A DNA stretch of 64,000 bases from Candidatus Omnitrophota bacterium (lineage in GTDB: Bacteria > Omnitrophota > Gorgyraeia > Duberdicusellales > 4484-171): the NCBI GenBank assembly GCA_043823745.1, contig JBDRAN010000048.1, forward strand, positions 896 through 64,895, given 5' to 3'. Below are positions 16,967-27,409 of this stretch, one piece after another (the first letter of the stretch is position 1; every line of letters begins with the position of its first letter). The notes beneath the pieces are model-generated. The model ran no database searches and was not told where the DNA came from. It saw nothing but the letters and a program-made list of their open reading frames with translations. The position numbers were made by a program, and so were the translations under genes.

Positions 16967-17566
16967 ATGGCTAAAAAACATGCTTCAAGGAAGGTGTGTG
17001 CGGTCGTAATGGCCGGTTTCATGCTGAGTATGATCTCTACGACAGTCTTTGCTGACTATAGGGGTAGAGATCACCGTAATGATCGTAGCAGGCACGAATC
17101 GATCAGGTACGGGCATGACAGATTCGATTATTACGAAGGAAGGTATTACCGAACGTCTCTATTTGGGGCTATCTTAAGCGTAGTATTTCCACCCATGGGG
17201 GTGACGGTAACATATCTACCGCGCGGGTACAGGACTGTGTACGTCGGAGGCACGAGGTATTATGAATATGATAATGTTTATTACCAAAGTTATTCCGGAG
17301 GGTATGTGGTAGTAAACCAGCCCGTGGTGACTCAATACATATCACCTAATGTGGTGTATATACCAGCTGCAAACAGCGTTGTGCCGCCCCAAGCGCAGCA
17401 GGTGACAGGAGACAGGGAAACAGTAACCCTTAATGTGCCAAGATTTAGTGGTGGCTATACGGCTATCACGCTCGTGCGATATTCAAACGGTTTTGTGGGG
17501 CCAAGGGGTGAGTTTTATCCAACTCTTCCAACAGGAGAGCAACTGAGAGTTGAGTATGGGAATTAA
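16967..17566 (+). CDS. secreted Tyr/Gly-rich hypothetical protein
   Basis: RBS aaggagg before the ATG, a signal peptide, and repeated YY motifs. Confidence 0.4.
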   Translation: MAKKHASRKVCAVVMAGFMLSMISTTVFADYRGRDHRNDRSRHESIRYGHDRFDYYEGRYYRTSLFGAILSVVFPPMGVTVTYLPRGYRTVYVGGTRYYEYDNVYYQSYSGGYVVVNQPVVTQYISPNVVYIPAANSVVPPQAQQVTGDRETVTLNVPRFSGGYTAITLVRYSNGFVGPRGEFYPTLPTGEQLRVEYGN

Positions 17567-17637
17567 ATAGCTACACGAGTGCGATGTCGAGCACTGAGGA
17601 TAAAACATAATTTGTTTTCACGCGCCAGAGATACAAA

Positions 17638-17673
17638 AACGCCCTGATCGGTACTTTTGATCAGGGCGTTTTG
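17638..17673 (+). terminator. rho-independent terminator (cgccctgatc-ggtactttt-gatcagggcg-ttttg)
   Basis: Perfect 10-bp stem plus T-run. Confidence 0.6.
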
Positions 17674-17986
17674 CATTCACCATTGTAAAGGATTGTATCG
17701 GGTGGCACGGTACGGCCTCGTTTATAATTACGCGCATGACGCTCATCGTAAGGAAATGTAGGTTTATTGATGAGCTGTTACATGAAAAACTGCGGCCCCG
17801 GGGTGTGTTGAGGTTGTGAGTTGTTGTTTCTGAAGCAGCCATTGAAACTCAATTTTTTTTGAAGATAGTCGTGGCTTTTTATCCATAATGTGTTAAACTC
17901 GTCTTCACTCATTTTTTAAATAAATGCTTCAGGAGCGATTCTTTTATTTGCCGAGGACATGTTAATGCTTCTAAAGGATACCGCCT

Positions 17987-19603
17987 ATGCTTTCCGTTAA
18001 TGATGTCTCTTTACGCTATGGCCAGCGTAAGCTTTTTTCCGGCGTCAATATCATTTTTTCGTCAGGCAACTGCTATGGGTTGATCGGAGCCAACGGTTCG
18101 GGCAAATCCACGTTTCTTAAGATCCTTTCCGGCGAAATTGAGCCTACGACAGGGGGGGTTGTTGTTCTGCGTGGCAAGCGCATATCGGTTTTAAAGCAGG
18201 ATCAGTTTGCATTTGATGAGTTTTCAGTTTTAACGACGGTCATTATGGGGCACAAACGGATTTATGATATTATGACGGAAAAAGAAAGATTGTATGCGAA
18301 AGCCGATTTTTCAGATGCCGATGGTATGCATATTGCCGACCTCGACCATGAATTTTCCGAGTTAAACGGCTGGAATGTTGAGTCCGAAGCAGCGCAGCTT
18401 TTAAGCCGTTTAGGTATTGCCGAAGAATTGTGCCCGCTGCCCATGAAGCAGCTTGAGGCGGGACTTAAGGTGCGCGTGCTCCTGGCACAGGCCTTGTTGG
18501 GTAATCCGGACATCTTGCTTCTTGATGAGCCGACCAATCATTTGGATATAGAGGCATGCATGTGGCTGGAGGAGTTCTTGTGCGATTTTGAAAACACCGC
18601 TATCGTCGTTTCCCACGATCGCCATTTTTTGGATAAGGTGTGCACGCATATTGCGGATATTGATTTCGGTAAGATCCAGCTCTATCCGGGTAATTATACT
18701 TTTTGGCAGGAGTCAAGCCAGATCGCGCTACGACAGCGCAGCGAGACGAATAAAAAGATTGAAGAAAAAAGAAAAGAACTGCAGGATTTTATTATGCGTT
18801 TTAGCGCAAACGCTTCCAAGGCCCGGCAGGCTACCAGCCGAAAAAACAGTTTAGAGAAATTAACCATTGAAGAGATCCGTCCATCGTCCAGACGATACCC
18901 CTACGTTGGTTTTGAGCAAGAGCGCGAGGCCGGTAATGATTTGCTGCATATCAATAGCTTGTCGAAGTCGCTGGATGGACAGGTAAGTTTCGAGAATCTT
19001 AATATTACGATTGAAAAGGGGGATAAAGTTGCTTTTGTCGGCCCTCATGATTTGATCAAGACCACGCTGTTTGAAATTTTGATGGATGAGGTGAGCGCGG
19101 ATAGCGGAAATTTTAAATGGGGGGTCTCGACCCGGCGCGCGTATTATCCGAAAGACAATATTAGTTATTTTGATGATGATCGTACTCTTATTGATTGGCT
19201 TCGTCAATTTTCAGACAACACAGATGAAAATTTTGTACGTGGATTCTTGGGGCGCATGCTCTTTTCCGGCGACGAATCGTTCAAGTCCGTCAAGGTTCTT
19301 TCCGGCGGGGAGAAGGTCAGATGTATGCTCGCGCGCATGATGCTTATGCAGGCAAATGTTTTGATTCTTGACGAGCCGACCAATCATCTGGACCTCGAGT
19401 CATTGACGGCGCTGAACCGGGGCCTTGAGAAATTTCGCGGCACCGTTCTTTTTTCTTCTCATGACCACGAGCTTGTTCAAACCGTGGCTAATCGTATTAT
19501 CGAGATCACGCCCAAAGGCTATATTGATCTCGTCAGTACGACCTTTGATGAATATCTGGCCGACGAGAAGACCAGGGAACGATTAAAAAGTTTTTATCGG
19601 TGA
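17987..19603 (+). CDS. ABC-F family ATPase (two tandem ABC domains, YbiT/EttA-like translation factor class)
   Basis: Two Walker A (GANGSGKST, GPHDLIKTT), two signature (LEAGLKVR, LSGGEKVR) and two Walker B motifs. No TM domain. 538 aa. Confidence 0.65.
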   Translation: MLSVNDVSLRYGQRKLFSGVNIIFSSGNCYGLIGANGSGKSTFLKILSGEIEPTTGGVVVLRGKRISVLKQDQFAFDEFSVLTTVIMGHKRIYDIMTEKERLYAKADFSDADGMHIADLDHEFSELNGWNVESEAAQLLSRLGIAEELCPLPMKQLEAGLKVRVLLAQALLGNPDILLLDEPTNHLDIEACMWLEEFLCDFENTAIVVSHDRHFLDKVCTHIADIDFGKIQLYPGNYTFWQESSQIALRQRSETNKKIEEKRKELQDFIMRFSANASKARQATSRKNSLEKLTIEEIRPSSRRYPYVGFEQEREAGNDLLHINSLSKSLDGQVSFENLNITIEKGDKVAFVGPHDLIKTTLFEILMDEVSADSGNFKWGVSTRRAYYPKDNISYFDDDRTLIDWLRQFSDNTDENFVRGFLGRMLFSGDESFKSVKVLSGGEKVRCMLARMMLMQANVLILDEPTNHLDLESLTALNRGLEKFRGTVLFSSHDHELVQTVANRIIEITPKGYIDLVSTTFDEYLADEKTRERLKSFYR

Positions 19604-19659
19604 GTTCACCGGCGATGTCGGCGGCTGGTGAGCGTGCGTTGCATCTTTCTCTAAAATAA

Positions 19660-21549
19660 TTATTCGACTATCCCTTCTAAATATTCCCAACGTTCGTAAG
19701 CCTTTTGGATCTCACGCGACAATAATTCCGACCGAGTTTTGATTTTTACGATCTCTGCAGTATCTTTTTGATAAAAATTAAGATCAGTCAAGAGAGCATA
19801 TAGTTCTTTTTGCTCGGTCTCTAATTTTTCAATCATTGCAGGAAGATTATCCAGTTCACGTTGTTCTTTGAATGTACGTTTTCGCAAACGTGAGGGACTT
19901 TTCTGCCGAATAATTTTTTGCGTAGTTTGTGGTTTCATCACGCCCGACGCAACGGGTTTTCGCTGGTTTGACCAATCGTCATAACCACCGGCATATTCAT
20001 TGATTATCCCGTCTCCTTCAAGCACCAGGGTCGAGGTTACTACGTTATTGAGGAAAGTCCGGTCATGGCTGACTAACAGAAGCGTACCGGGATACTCAAG
20101 CAGTAATTCTTCCAATAGCTCGAGGGTTTCGATGTCCAGATCATTGGTTGGCTCATCCATTACCAAAACATTGGAAGGTTTGGAAAAAAGGCGCGCAAGA
20201 AAAAGACGGTTACGTTCTCCTCCTGAGAGAACCTTGATCGGTGTACGCGCCCTGTCGGGAGTAAAAAGAAAATCCTGCAGATACCCGATTATATGCTTTG
20301 GTTTACCGTTGACGATGACGGTGTCGGACCCATCGCTGACATTCTCAGCAACGGTTTTGTCTTCATGTAATTGTTCGCGAAGCTGGTCGTAATACGCAAC
20401 ATGAATGTTCGTACCGAGGGTAACCTTACCTTTTTGGGGTGCTAGCGTGCCTAACAAGAGACGCAACAATGTCGTCTTGCCGCTGCCGTTAGGCCCGATT
20501 ACACCGATCTTGTCGCCACGCATCACGTGAGTGGAGAAATCTCTGACGAGGCATTTTTCATCGTACCCAAAACCAAGATGTGAAACCTTAATGACGCGAT
20601 GTCCGGAAGGATCTGCTTTCTGTGCCCGCATGCGAACTTGCCCGACTGTTTTGCGCTGCTCTTTTTTTTCTTTTCTTAAGCGCTCCAGCGCCCTGACGCG
20701 GCCTTCATTACGGCATCGGCGGGCCTTGATTCCTTTGCGTATCCAAACCTCTTCTTCGGTCAACTTTTTATCAAAACGTTCCCATTGTGTTTCTTCGATA
20801 TCGAGCGCTGTTTGCTTACGCTGGAGGAAGGTCTTGTAGTCACACGACCAGCTGAATATCCGTCCGCGGTCAAGTTCAATGATCCTTGACGCTAGACGAC
20901 CCATAAACATCCTGTCATGCGTGACAAAAAAAACGGTCCCCGGATACGTGAGCATAAATTCTTCAAGCCAGATCATTGAATCGATATCGAGATGGTTTGT
21001 CGGTTCATCGAGCAATAAAACCTCCGGCTTGCACGCCAGCGCCCGGGCTAGGAGCGCTCTACGTTTTTGTCCGCCGGATAACCGGACAAAATCACCGTCA
21101 GGATCAAGCTTCATCCTTACAATAACTTCCTCAACTTGATTGTGTATATCCCAGCTATTGGTATGATTAAGCTCATCCTGTAAGATATCGAGTTGTCGCA
21201 GCAATTCCGGAGATTGTTCCGTTTGGAGGCGATGGGCCACGTGGTGGTGCCGGCTTAATAGTTCTCCGCGCGCGCCCAGTCCCGAGAGAACGATATCAAA
21301 AACAGTACCCGTAATAGTAACAGGAACTTCCTGTGGTAGGTGGGCGACCTGAATTCCTTTTTGCACAATGATGTTGCCGTGGTCAACCTGCTGTTGGCCG
21401 CACATAACGTTCATTAAGGTTGATTTCCCTGCGCCGTTGCGGCCAAGCAGGGCGATACGCTCACCGGGCTCAATCTGCAAGCTTACGCGATCGAAGATCA
21501 GAGGCCCGCTTAATGCCAGGCTAATTTCCTGTAAGCTAATAAATGCCAT
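19660..21549 (-). CDS. uup: ABC-F family ATPase, Uup-like (C-terminal coiled-coil extension)
   Basis: Duplicated ABC cassettes (GRNGAGKST / GPNGSGKTT; LSGGQKRR / LSGGERNR) and a C-terminal charged coiled-coil tail. ATG at 21549; an alternative TTG is at 21594. Confidence 0.6.
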   Translation of the reverse strand: MAFISLQEISLALSGPLIFDRVSLQIEPGERIALLGRNGAGKSTLMNVMCGQQQVDHGNIIVQKGIQVAHLPQEVPVTITGTVFDIVLSGLGARGELLSRHHHVAHRLQTEQSPELLRQLDILQDELNHTNSWDIHNQVEEVIVRMKLDPDGDFVRLSGGQKRRALLARALACKPEVLLLDEPTNHLDIDSMIWLEEFMLTYPGTVFFVTHDRMFMGRLASRIIELDRGRIFSWSCDYKTFLQRKQTALDIEETQWERFDKKLTEEEVWIRKGIKARRCRNEGRVRALERLRKEKKEQRKTVGQVRMRAQKADPSGHRVIKVSHLGFGYDEKCLVRDFSTHVMRGDKIGVIGPNGSGKTTLLRLLLGTLAPQKGKVTLGTNIHVAYYDQLREQLHEDKTVAENVSDGSDTVIVNGKPKHIIGYLQDFLFTPDRARTPIKVLSGGERNRLFLARLFSKPSNVLVMDEPTNDLDIETLELLEELLLEYPGTLLLVSHDRTFLNNVVTSTLVLEGDGIINEYAGGYDDWSNQRKPVASGVMKPQTTQKIIRQKSPSRLRKRTFKEQRELDNLPAMIEKLETEQKELYALLTDLNFYQKDTAEIVKIKTRSELLSREIQKAYERWEYLEGIVE

Positions 21550-21698
21550 GTTGTAATAAATTTTTTTCTTCGTATGAAGGATTACGAAAGACAAATCGCT
21601 GCAAAGAGTGTTGCGCCGAAACAGTACATGTAAAGGTGGAAAATTTCACGAGGCGCATAGAAGAGGACCCGGGTTTGATTGCCGCCCCCGGGAAATAA

Positions 21699-21735
21699 AA
21701 CGGAGGCGTATCAGGTATTGACACGCCTCCGTTAG
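21699..21735 (-). terminator. terminator hairpin (ggaggcgt...acgcctcc) for the minus-strand small genes
   Basis: 8-bp perfect stem followed on the minus strand by gttttattt. Confidence 0.4.
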
Positions 21736-21753
21736 TTTACCGGTAAAGCAGAT

Positions 21754-21920
21754 TATCTACGACCGGTATCTTTATGCTTCGAAAAGCATTCCTTGCAGTA
21801 TACCGGACGGTCTTCTCTGGGTTTGAAAGGTACTTCACACTCTTTCTTGCAATCGGCGCATGTTGCCTTATGCATTTCCCTCGGGCCACTGTTGAATCTA
21901 CCACCATCTTGATATCCCAT
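21754..21920 (-). CDS. small zinc-ribbon protein (CADC...CKEC), 55 aa
   Basis: Strong RBS aaaaaggagtaac before the ATG. Sequence MGYQDGGRFNSGPREMHKATCADCKKECEVPFKPREDRPVYCKECFSKHKDTGRR. Below the ORF-track size cutoff. Confidence 0.5.
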
Positions 21921-21934
21921 GTTACTCCTTTTTT

Positions 21935-22098
21935 TATCCTCCGGTGAGCTCAGCCTCTGAGCCTGTTGGAGAGTTTTTTACTTCGTCGTTAGCTTGTGCA
22001 CCCTTTTTATCTAACTTGCGCTGTTGTTTTTCTTCTTTCTTCTTTTTCTTTGCCAACTCTCTGGCATATTTTTTATATGAATAGTTGTCTCGTGCCAA
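21935..22098 (-). CDS. small lysine-rich hypothetical protein (TTG start)
   Basis: RBS aaggag 7 nt before TTG. Sequence LARDNYSYKKYARELAKKKKKEEKQQRKLDKKG.... Likely co-transcribed with the zinc-ribbon gene. Confidence 0.3.
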
Positions 22099-22560
22099 GG
22101 TATTCTCCTTTTTGTTTATATACGTAACAGTCCCAGATTATACATCAAAAAGCCTTACGCGTCAAGTGGAGAGATACCGGTGGACAAATGCGCCTGATGC
22201 GAGTACAATAAGCATTAAGGTGTTAACTATGGGATATAAAGGGAAGATCAAGGCTAATAAGAAACGCAGGGTATGTAAGGTTTCAGGTTGTGACCATATT
22301 TTGAGTATATACAACCCCGAGATTAATTGCCATGTTCATCAGCAACTTACTAAGATGAGGATTCCCTCAGCACCTCTTGCCAGGCGTTAACGGCTCTTTT
22401 TATGGGCGTGGCATTCTTTATCAAAAGCTCGATTGCTGCCTTACGAGTACGGCTATGTCGTGAGAGGTTTCCTTTCAGCTGTTATGAGAAGGCATGAAGC
22501 CCCTTTCGCGAGTCGGTACAGACACTAATCCCCTAACTCGATTGTATCAAACTCTACGAC

Positions 22561-23352
22561 ATGCGTTTAAAAAAAAGGTTTAGTGTTCCTGGCGGGGAAA
22601 CCTTTACGGGAGTCTTATTGGCTTGGGGGGCGCGGTGTATTTCAATGAACGCGAGAATCAAAGATACGTTAAAGTCTATCATTCCGGGGCATGTCCGTTC
22701 TATGCTCAGGAGGATTCAGTTTCTGATTTTTTCTTTGATAAAGCGGGCGTACTCAAGAATTTTTCTTGGTTTAAAAAAGGGTGACCTCGAAGGCACCCAT
22801 CTGTTGTTGCATATCGGGTGCGGAACGTTAGTTAAAGCGGGATGGATCAATGTTGATCTTGACCCTGGCCGAGGCGCTTTCTTTCTTGATGCAACGAAAG
22901 GCCTGCCTTTTGGATCCGGCGCCGTCAAGCACATCCATTGCGAGCATTTTCTGGAGCATCTTGAATATCCCGCTGCAAAAAAGTTTCTTCAGGAGAGTTA
23001 TCGGGTTCTTGAGCGAACCGGTTCGATACGGATTATCGTGCCCGACGCCGAGAAGTATTTTAAGGCATACTACGAGAAAGATACGAGCTTTTTTGACAAA
23101 TTAAAATACTTAGGCGGAACGGCCCAGCCTTTACGTACTAATATTGAGATTGTTAACCAGATGTTTATGATGGGAGGAGCCCATCGTTTTGCCTGGGATT
23201 TTGAAACCCTGGCTTTGATGTTACATGAGAGCGGTTTTTCGGAAGTCCGCAAATCAGCATTTGGAGATATCAGCCCGGAATTAGATATTGACGGTTCCGA
23301 TGAATGGCGTCTCCTGGAAAGCCTCTATGTTACTGCATTCAAAAGGGCTTGA
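22561..23352 (+). CDS. class I SAM-dependent methyltransferase (type 11)
   Basis: LHIGCGTLVKAGWINVDL motif I. Start uncertain; an internal ATG at 22648 is also possible. Confidence 0.45.
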   Translation: MRLKKRFSVPGGETFTGVLLAWGARCISMNARIKDTLKSIIPGHVRSMLRRIQFLIFSLIKRAYSRIFLGLKKGDLEGTHLLLHIGCGTLVKAGWINVDLDPGRGAFFLDATKGLPFGSGAVKHIHCEHFLEHLEYPAAKKFLQESYRVLERTGSIRIIVPDAEKYFKAYYEKDTSFFDKLKYLGGTAQPLRTNIEIVNQMFMMGGAHRFAWDFETLALMLHESGFSEVRKSAFGDISPELDIDGSDEWRLLESLYVTAFKRA

Positions 23353-23433
23353 TTCAATAGCAAAGAAGTGGGATAATTTCGATCGGGGTGGGGATCAATC
23401 GTCTTTTATCGGCGAGCGTTCAATAAAACAAGG

Positions 23434-24561
23434 GTGAAAATTATAAAGAACATGAAAGATATAAATATAATTCCTAAGTCAAGAACATTCCGATACGGGA
23501 TAACGATTGTTGGGTTTTTCATCGCGATAGCTCTTGCTACTACCGACCAATATATCAGCGAGCACCCGGCCCTTATTATCTTTTACCTAATACCCGTTTC
23601 TTTGGTTACGTGGTTTTCCGGGGCGGTCGCGGGTGTGGCCATAGTTTTATGTAGTACTATTTTTTGGTTTTTAAATAGTATTCCGGCTGCCAAGGATTTA
23701 TACGCCTATCCGTTATTTTTCTATGTCAATATGGCCGCACGGGGTTTATTCCTGTTTATTGCTGTTTATTTTCTCCAAAGGCTTAAATCTGCCTTGATAC
23801 ATGAAAAAGAGTTAAGCGACCTTAAAACCACATTTGTGGCCAATGTTTCTCATGAGCTGAAGAGCCCTTTAAGTATTATAAAAATGAACCATGATCTTAT
23901 GCTTGACGGGCTTCTCGGAGATATCAAGCCTGATCAAAAAAAGGTGCTTGAAACGGGCGTGAAAGAGGTGGAGCGCCTTGTCCGGTTAATAACAAACTTA
24001 TTGGACGTTTCAAAAATGGAAGAGGGAAAGATACAGCTTCACACGGAACAGATACATATTGAGGAATTCATGCGCCAGGTCGCGCAAAAATACGAAGTGG
24101 CGCTTTCCAGGAAGCAGTTAAAAATTATAACTGACATTCAAAGGGATATCGGTTCCTTATGCGCTGACCCTGATAAGCTTGAGCAAGTCGTTGTTAATCT
24201 CTTAAGTAACGCCAGAAAATATTCGCCGTTCGGCGGCACGATTACTATTAGGCTTACCGGCACCGAGGACGAAGTGCGGTGTGAAATATCAGACACCGGT
24301 CCGGGTATCGCCAAGAAAGATATGAAAGCGTTGTTCAACCGTTTTGAGCGCATTAAGGTCGAAAGACAAGAGGGTACAGGTTTAGGCCTTCCTATTACGA
24401 AGGGTATTGTGGAGTTTCACCAAGGAACACTGCGGGTAGAAAGCGAGGTCGGGAAAGGAAGTACGTTTATTTTTGTGTTACCTAGAGAGCAAGGAAGTAC
24501 AGAGAAAATACCGAATGCAAGCCCGGCTATCGCCCAGGAACAGACCGGGAGAAACGCCTAG
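23434..24561 (+). CDS. membrane sensor histidine kinase (HisKA plus HATPase_c)
   Basis: N-terminal TM helices, an H-box FVANVSHELKSPL, and N, G1, G2 boxes (DTGPGI, GTGLGL). Confidence 0.65.
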   Translation: MKIIKNMKDINIIPKSRTFRYGITIVGFFIAIALATTDQYISEHPALIIFYLIPVSLVTWFSGAVAGVAIVLCSTIFWFLNSIPAAKDLYAYPLFFYVNMAARGLFLFIAVYFLQRLKSALIHEKELSDLKTTFVANVSHELKSPLSIIKMNHDLMLDGLLGDIKPDQKKVLETGVKEVERLVRLITNLLDVSKMEEGKIQLHTEQIHIEEFMRQVAQKYEVALSRKQLKIITDIQRDIGSLCADPDKLEQVVVNLLSNARKYSPFGGTITIRLTGTEDEVRCEISDTGPGIAKKDMKALFNRFERIKVERQEGTGLGLPITKGIVEFHQGTLRVESEVGKGSTFIFVLPREQGSTEKIPNASPAIAQEQTGRNA

Positions 24562-24690
24562 AGTTTTTATCGAAAAATGCGGCTGTCGTCGGAATAGATC
24601 AGTTTTTGCTATCGATAACCACAAGACTATTTTTTTCTATTGTAGTAAACCGCCGGTATATGTGAGTAGCAACGCAAAGGAGGATCGGTC

Positions 24691-25059
24691 ATGAAGAAGA
24701 TTCTTATCGTCGATGATGAAGAAGATCTATTGATGCTCCTTGAACAGCGATTGTTGGCGAATGGTTACTCCGTTATAAAGGCGACTGGCGGTGTTGAAGC
24801 CATAAAACTCGCAAAGGAAAAACAACCCGATCTCGTGCTTCTTGATATATGGATGCCGGGCGTCGGCGGCGTGGAAGTCGCTGAAGCATTAAAGGCTAAC
24901 CAGGAAACAAAAAATATTCCGATCGTATTTTTAACCTGTCTCTATACAAGGGAAGATGAAAGAAGCAAGGGTCATATTATACAAGGGCAGTATTTTATCG
25001 CCAAACCATATGATCCCCAAGAGCTTTTGTCAGAGATCAAGGGCCGCATAGGCGTTTAA
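24691..25059 (+). CDS. single-domain response regulator (CheY-like receiver)
   Basis: ILIVDDEEDL, LVLLDIWMPG and a conserved K. 122 aa with no output domain. Confidence 0.65.
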   Translation: MKKILIVDDEEDLLMLLEQRLLANGYSVIKATGGVEAIKLAKEKQPDLVLLDIWMPGVGGVEVAEALKANQETKNIPIVFLTCLYTREDERSKGHIIQGQYFIAKPYDPQELLSEIKGRIGV

Positions 25060-25180
25060 GGGGCCTGCGTGGTCACGCGGAGCAGCGGACCTTCATGCTC
25101 ATGATACCATAGAGCTTTAACTTGAATTTAAACTTTTTTCGAGATAGAATCAATTGAAATAAACATAAGGGGTGGTGGCG

Positions 25181-25549
25181 ATGGAAACACGGTTAAGTAC
25201 CCGCATTCTCGTCGAGTTAAAAGTTGTTTCAAAGATCGAAGAGTCAGCGGCATCGAAATTTTCTCTTGCTTCAGGGAATGTTTTTGAGGCTACGGCCGTT
25301 GATATCAGCGAAACAGGCATTAGTTTATCATCAAAGTTTTTCTTGCCTGCACAACTGGTCGTGCAGCTTAATTTTGATACGGGTAGTTTCGGTATACCGG
25401 GCACGCTATCAATTAAGGGTGAGGTGCGTCATTGCGAAAACCTGAAAGAGTCTGGCTATAAAGTAGGTATTCATTTTCTTGATATACCTGATACCTTTCG
25501 TGCGGCACTGAGCCACTATATTGCCTCTAACGAGCATCGTAAAGTGTAA
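25181..25549 (+). CDS. PilZ domain protein (c-di-GMP receptor-like)
   Basis: RLSTR (RxxxR) and DISETG (DxSxxG) motifs. RBS aagggg upstream. Confidence 0.5.
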   Translation: METRLSTRILVELKVVSKIEESAASKFSLASGNVFEATAVDISETGISLSSKFFLPAQLVVQLNFDTGSFGIPGTLSIKGEVRHCENLKESGYKVGIHFLDIPDTFRAALSHYIASNEHRKV

Positions 25550-25690
25550 CGTACCAGGTTTCCCGGTCCCGCAGGTCATTTTTTATCTGTGGAGCTATTG
25601 GCGGTATCAGAAGGCGGTGTAGATGCGCCAACGAGTTCATCCTTTCTTTCCGTAAATCTTCCCTATAATACGATATGTTGAGATAGTGTG

Positions 25691-26434
25691 ATGTCGGTAC
25701 TATTATCAGTTTCGGGGTTGCGGAAGACATACAACGGTTTTGTTGCGGTCGATGGAGTTTCGTTTGAGGTTAATCGCAACGAGATTGTCGGGCTTCTGGG
25801 GCCAAATGGGGCGGGGAAAACCACCACTATCAATATGGTTCTTGGAGTTTTGGAGCCCGGCGCGGGGTCTGTTACTATTAATGGGTTTAACCTTGCGCGC
25901 GCGCGTTCACAGGCAATGGCGCGCACCAACTTTGCCGCCGTCTACGCCCCGCTACCGGGGAATCTGACCGTGTTGCAAAACCTGGCCATCTTCGGGCGCC
26001 TCTATGGAGTAAAAAATCTTTCAACGCGCATTACGGAGCTTCTTGCTCAGTTTGAACTGGACGCTTTGTGTCGTAAAAGGTGCGGGGTGCTTTCGTCGGG
26101 TGAGCAGACGCGCGTCGGGCTCGCCAAAGCGATGCTTAACCGTCCGGAGCTTCTTCTTTTAGATGAACCAACCGGATCGCTTGATCCGTCTACGGCGCGC
26201 GATGTCCGCATTAAAATCCGCGATTTTGCGACAAAAGAGAATGGAGGAGTGCTTTGGACATCGCATAATATGTACGAAGTTCAGGACGTATGCGATCGCG
26301 TACTTTTTCTTTCTCACGGTAAAATCCTGCTCGAGGGAAATCCTAAAACATTGCCTGCAGAACACGGGAAAAAGAGCCTTGAAGAACTCTTTATTACGGT
26401 AGCCCGCGAGCCACTCACCCTGGAGGCGAGCTGA
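25691..26434 (+). CDS. ABC transporter ATP-binding protein (ABC-2 exporter type)
   Basis: Walker A GPNGAGKTT, signature LSSGEQTR, Walker B LLLLDEPT. Confidence 0.65.
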   Translation: MSVLLSVSGLRKTYNGFVAVDGVSFEVNRNEIVGLLGPNGAGKTTTINMVLGVLEPGAGSVTINGFNLARARSQAMARTNFAAVYAPLPGNLTVLQNLAIFGRLYGVKNLSTRITELLAQFELDALCRKRCGVLSSGEQTRVGLAKAMLNRPELLLLDEPTGSLDPSTARDVRIKIRDFATKENGGVLWTSHNMYEVQDVCDRVLFLSHGKILLEGNPKTLPAEHGKKSLEELFITVAREPLTLEAS

Positions 26435-26439
26435 CTACT

Positions 26440-27243
26440 ATGTTATTACACCGCATCTATGCAATCGTGCTTCGGCAGATCTATCTTATTCGGGGAAGTT
26501 TTTCGCGTGTCTTTCCGCTTTTTGCCTGGGTGGTGGTGGACATGGTCCTCTGGGGATTTCTTACCCGTTACCTCAATACGGTCGCTGCGCCTGGATTCAA
26601 TTTTGTACCGGCGTTGCTGGGTGCTGTATTGTTGTGGGACTTTTTTATCCGCATCATGCAGGGCGTGACCATGGCGTTTTTCGAGGATGTCTGGTCGCGT
26701 AATTTTCTTAATATTTTTTCCACGCCGCTTTTAATCTCCGAGTACGTTACGGGCCTTGTCTTTTCGAGTATTACCACAAGTGTTGTTGGCCTGGCTGCGA
26801 TGCTTTTTATTGCATCCGTAATTTTTAAGCTTTCATTTTTTATCTATGGTTTGATGATCATTCCTTTTCTCCTGGTGCTTTTTTTGTTTGGTATTGCGAT
26901 CGGTATTTTCGGAAGTGCGTTGGTGCTTCGCTTCGGTCCCGCGGCGGAATGGTTTATTTGGCCTATCCCTGCGTTGATCTCTCCGTTTGCCGCCGTTCTG
27001 TATCCGGTTGCAATTCTTCCGCATTGGATGCAGATTATTGCGCGTTGTCTTCCGCCGTCGTACGTCTTTGAGGGCTTGCGGTTGATTGTTGCCGGGAACA
27101 GGGCTCCATTGGCGCCACTAGTTATTGCGACGTGCCTTGCGTTGGGGTATATCATGCTTTCGTATCTTTTTTTTACACGTATTTACCGTCACGCACTGCG
27201 CACCGGCCTTATTGCCCGCTATAGCGCCGAGAGTATTAGTTAG
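26440..27243 (+). CDS. ABC-2 type transporter permease
   Basis: Six TM segments, directly downstream of the ATPase gene. Confidence 0.55.
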   Translation: MLLHRIYAIVLRQIYLIRGSFSRVFPLFAWVVVDMVLWGFLTRYLNTVAAPGFNFVPALLGAVLLWDFFIRIMQGVTMAFFEDVWSRNFLNIFSTPLLISEYVTGLVFSSITTSVVGLAAMLFIASVIFKLSFFIYGLMIIPFLLVLFLFGIAIGIFGSALVLRFGPAAEWFIWPIPALISPFAAVLYPVAILPHWMQIIARCLPPSYVFEGLRLIVAGNRAPLAPLVIATCLALGYIMLSYLFFTRIYRHALRTGLIARYSAESIS

Positions 27244-27409
27244 CGAGAAATGAAACAATGTTCAAGCCGGAAAAATGGTGTGTTAATTTTGTTTTTTTGT
27301 GGTAATCTAATAGTAATGGAGCCGCAGCCCCTTATGTTTTTGTCTTGCATGAACGTTGAAAGTTCATATGCGTGCTCGCGTGAGTATTAATCAATAAAAC
27401 TCGACTTTT

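Noticed and set aside
18262-19207. Minus-strand ORFs inside the first ABC-F gene
   Set aside because: Antisense shadow ORFs. The plus-strand ABC-F protein has complete Walker and signature motifs.
20000-21139. Several plus-strand ORFs (20000-20392, 20531-20839, 20879-21139) inside the Uup-like gene
   Set aside because: They are antisense shadow ORFs of a well-supported ABC-F coding region, Ser/Arg-rich and without RBS.
22085-22390. 101-aa plus-strand ORF (possible 51-aa CxxxxC...CxxH protein from 22237)
   Set aside because: It overlaps the minus-strand small gene region, has weak coding signal and no recognisable family. It is left uncalled, though a small zinc-binding protein cannot be excluded.
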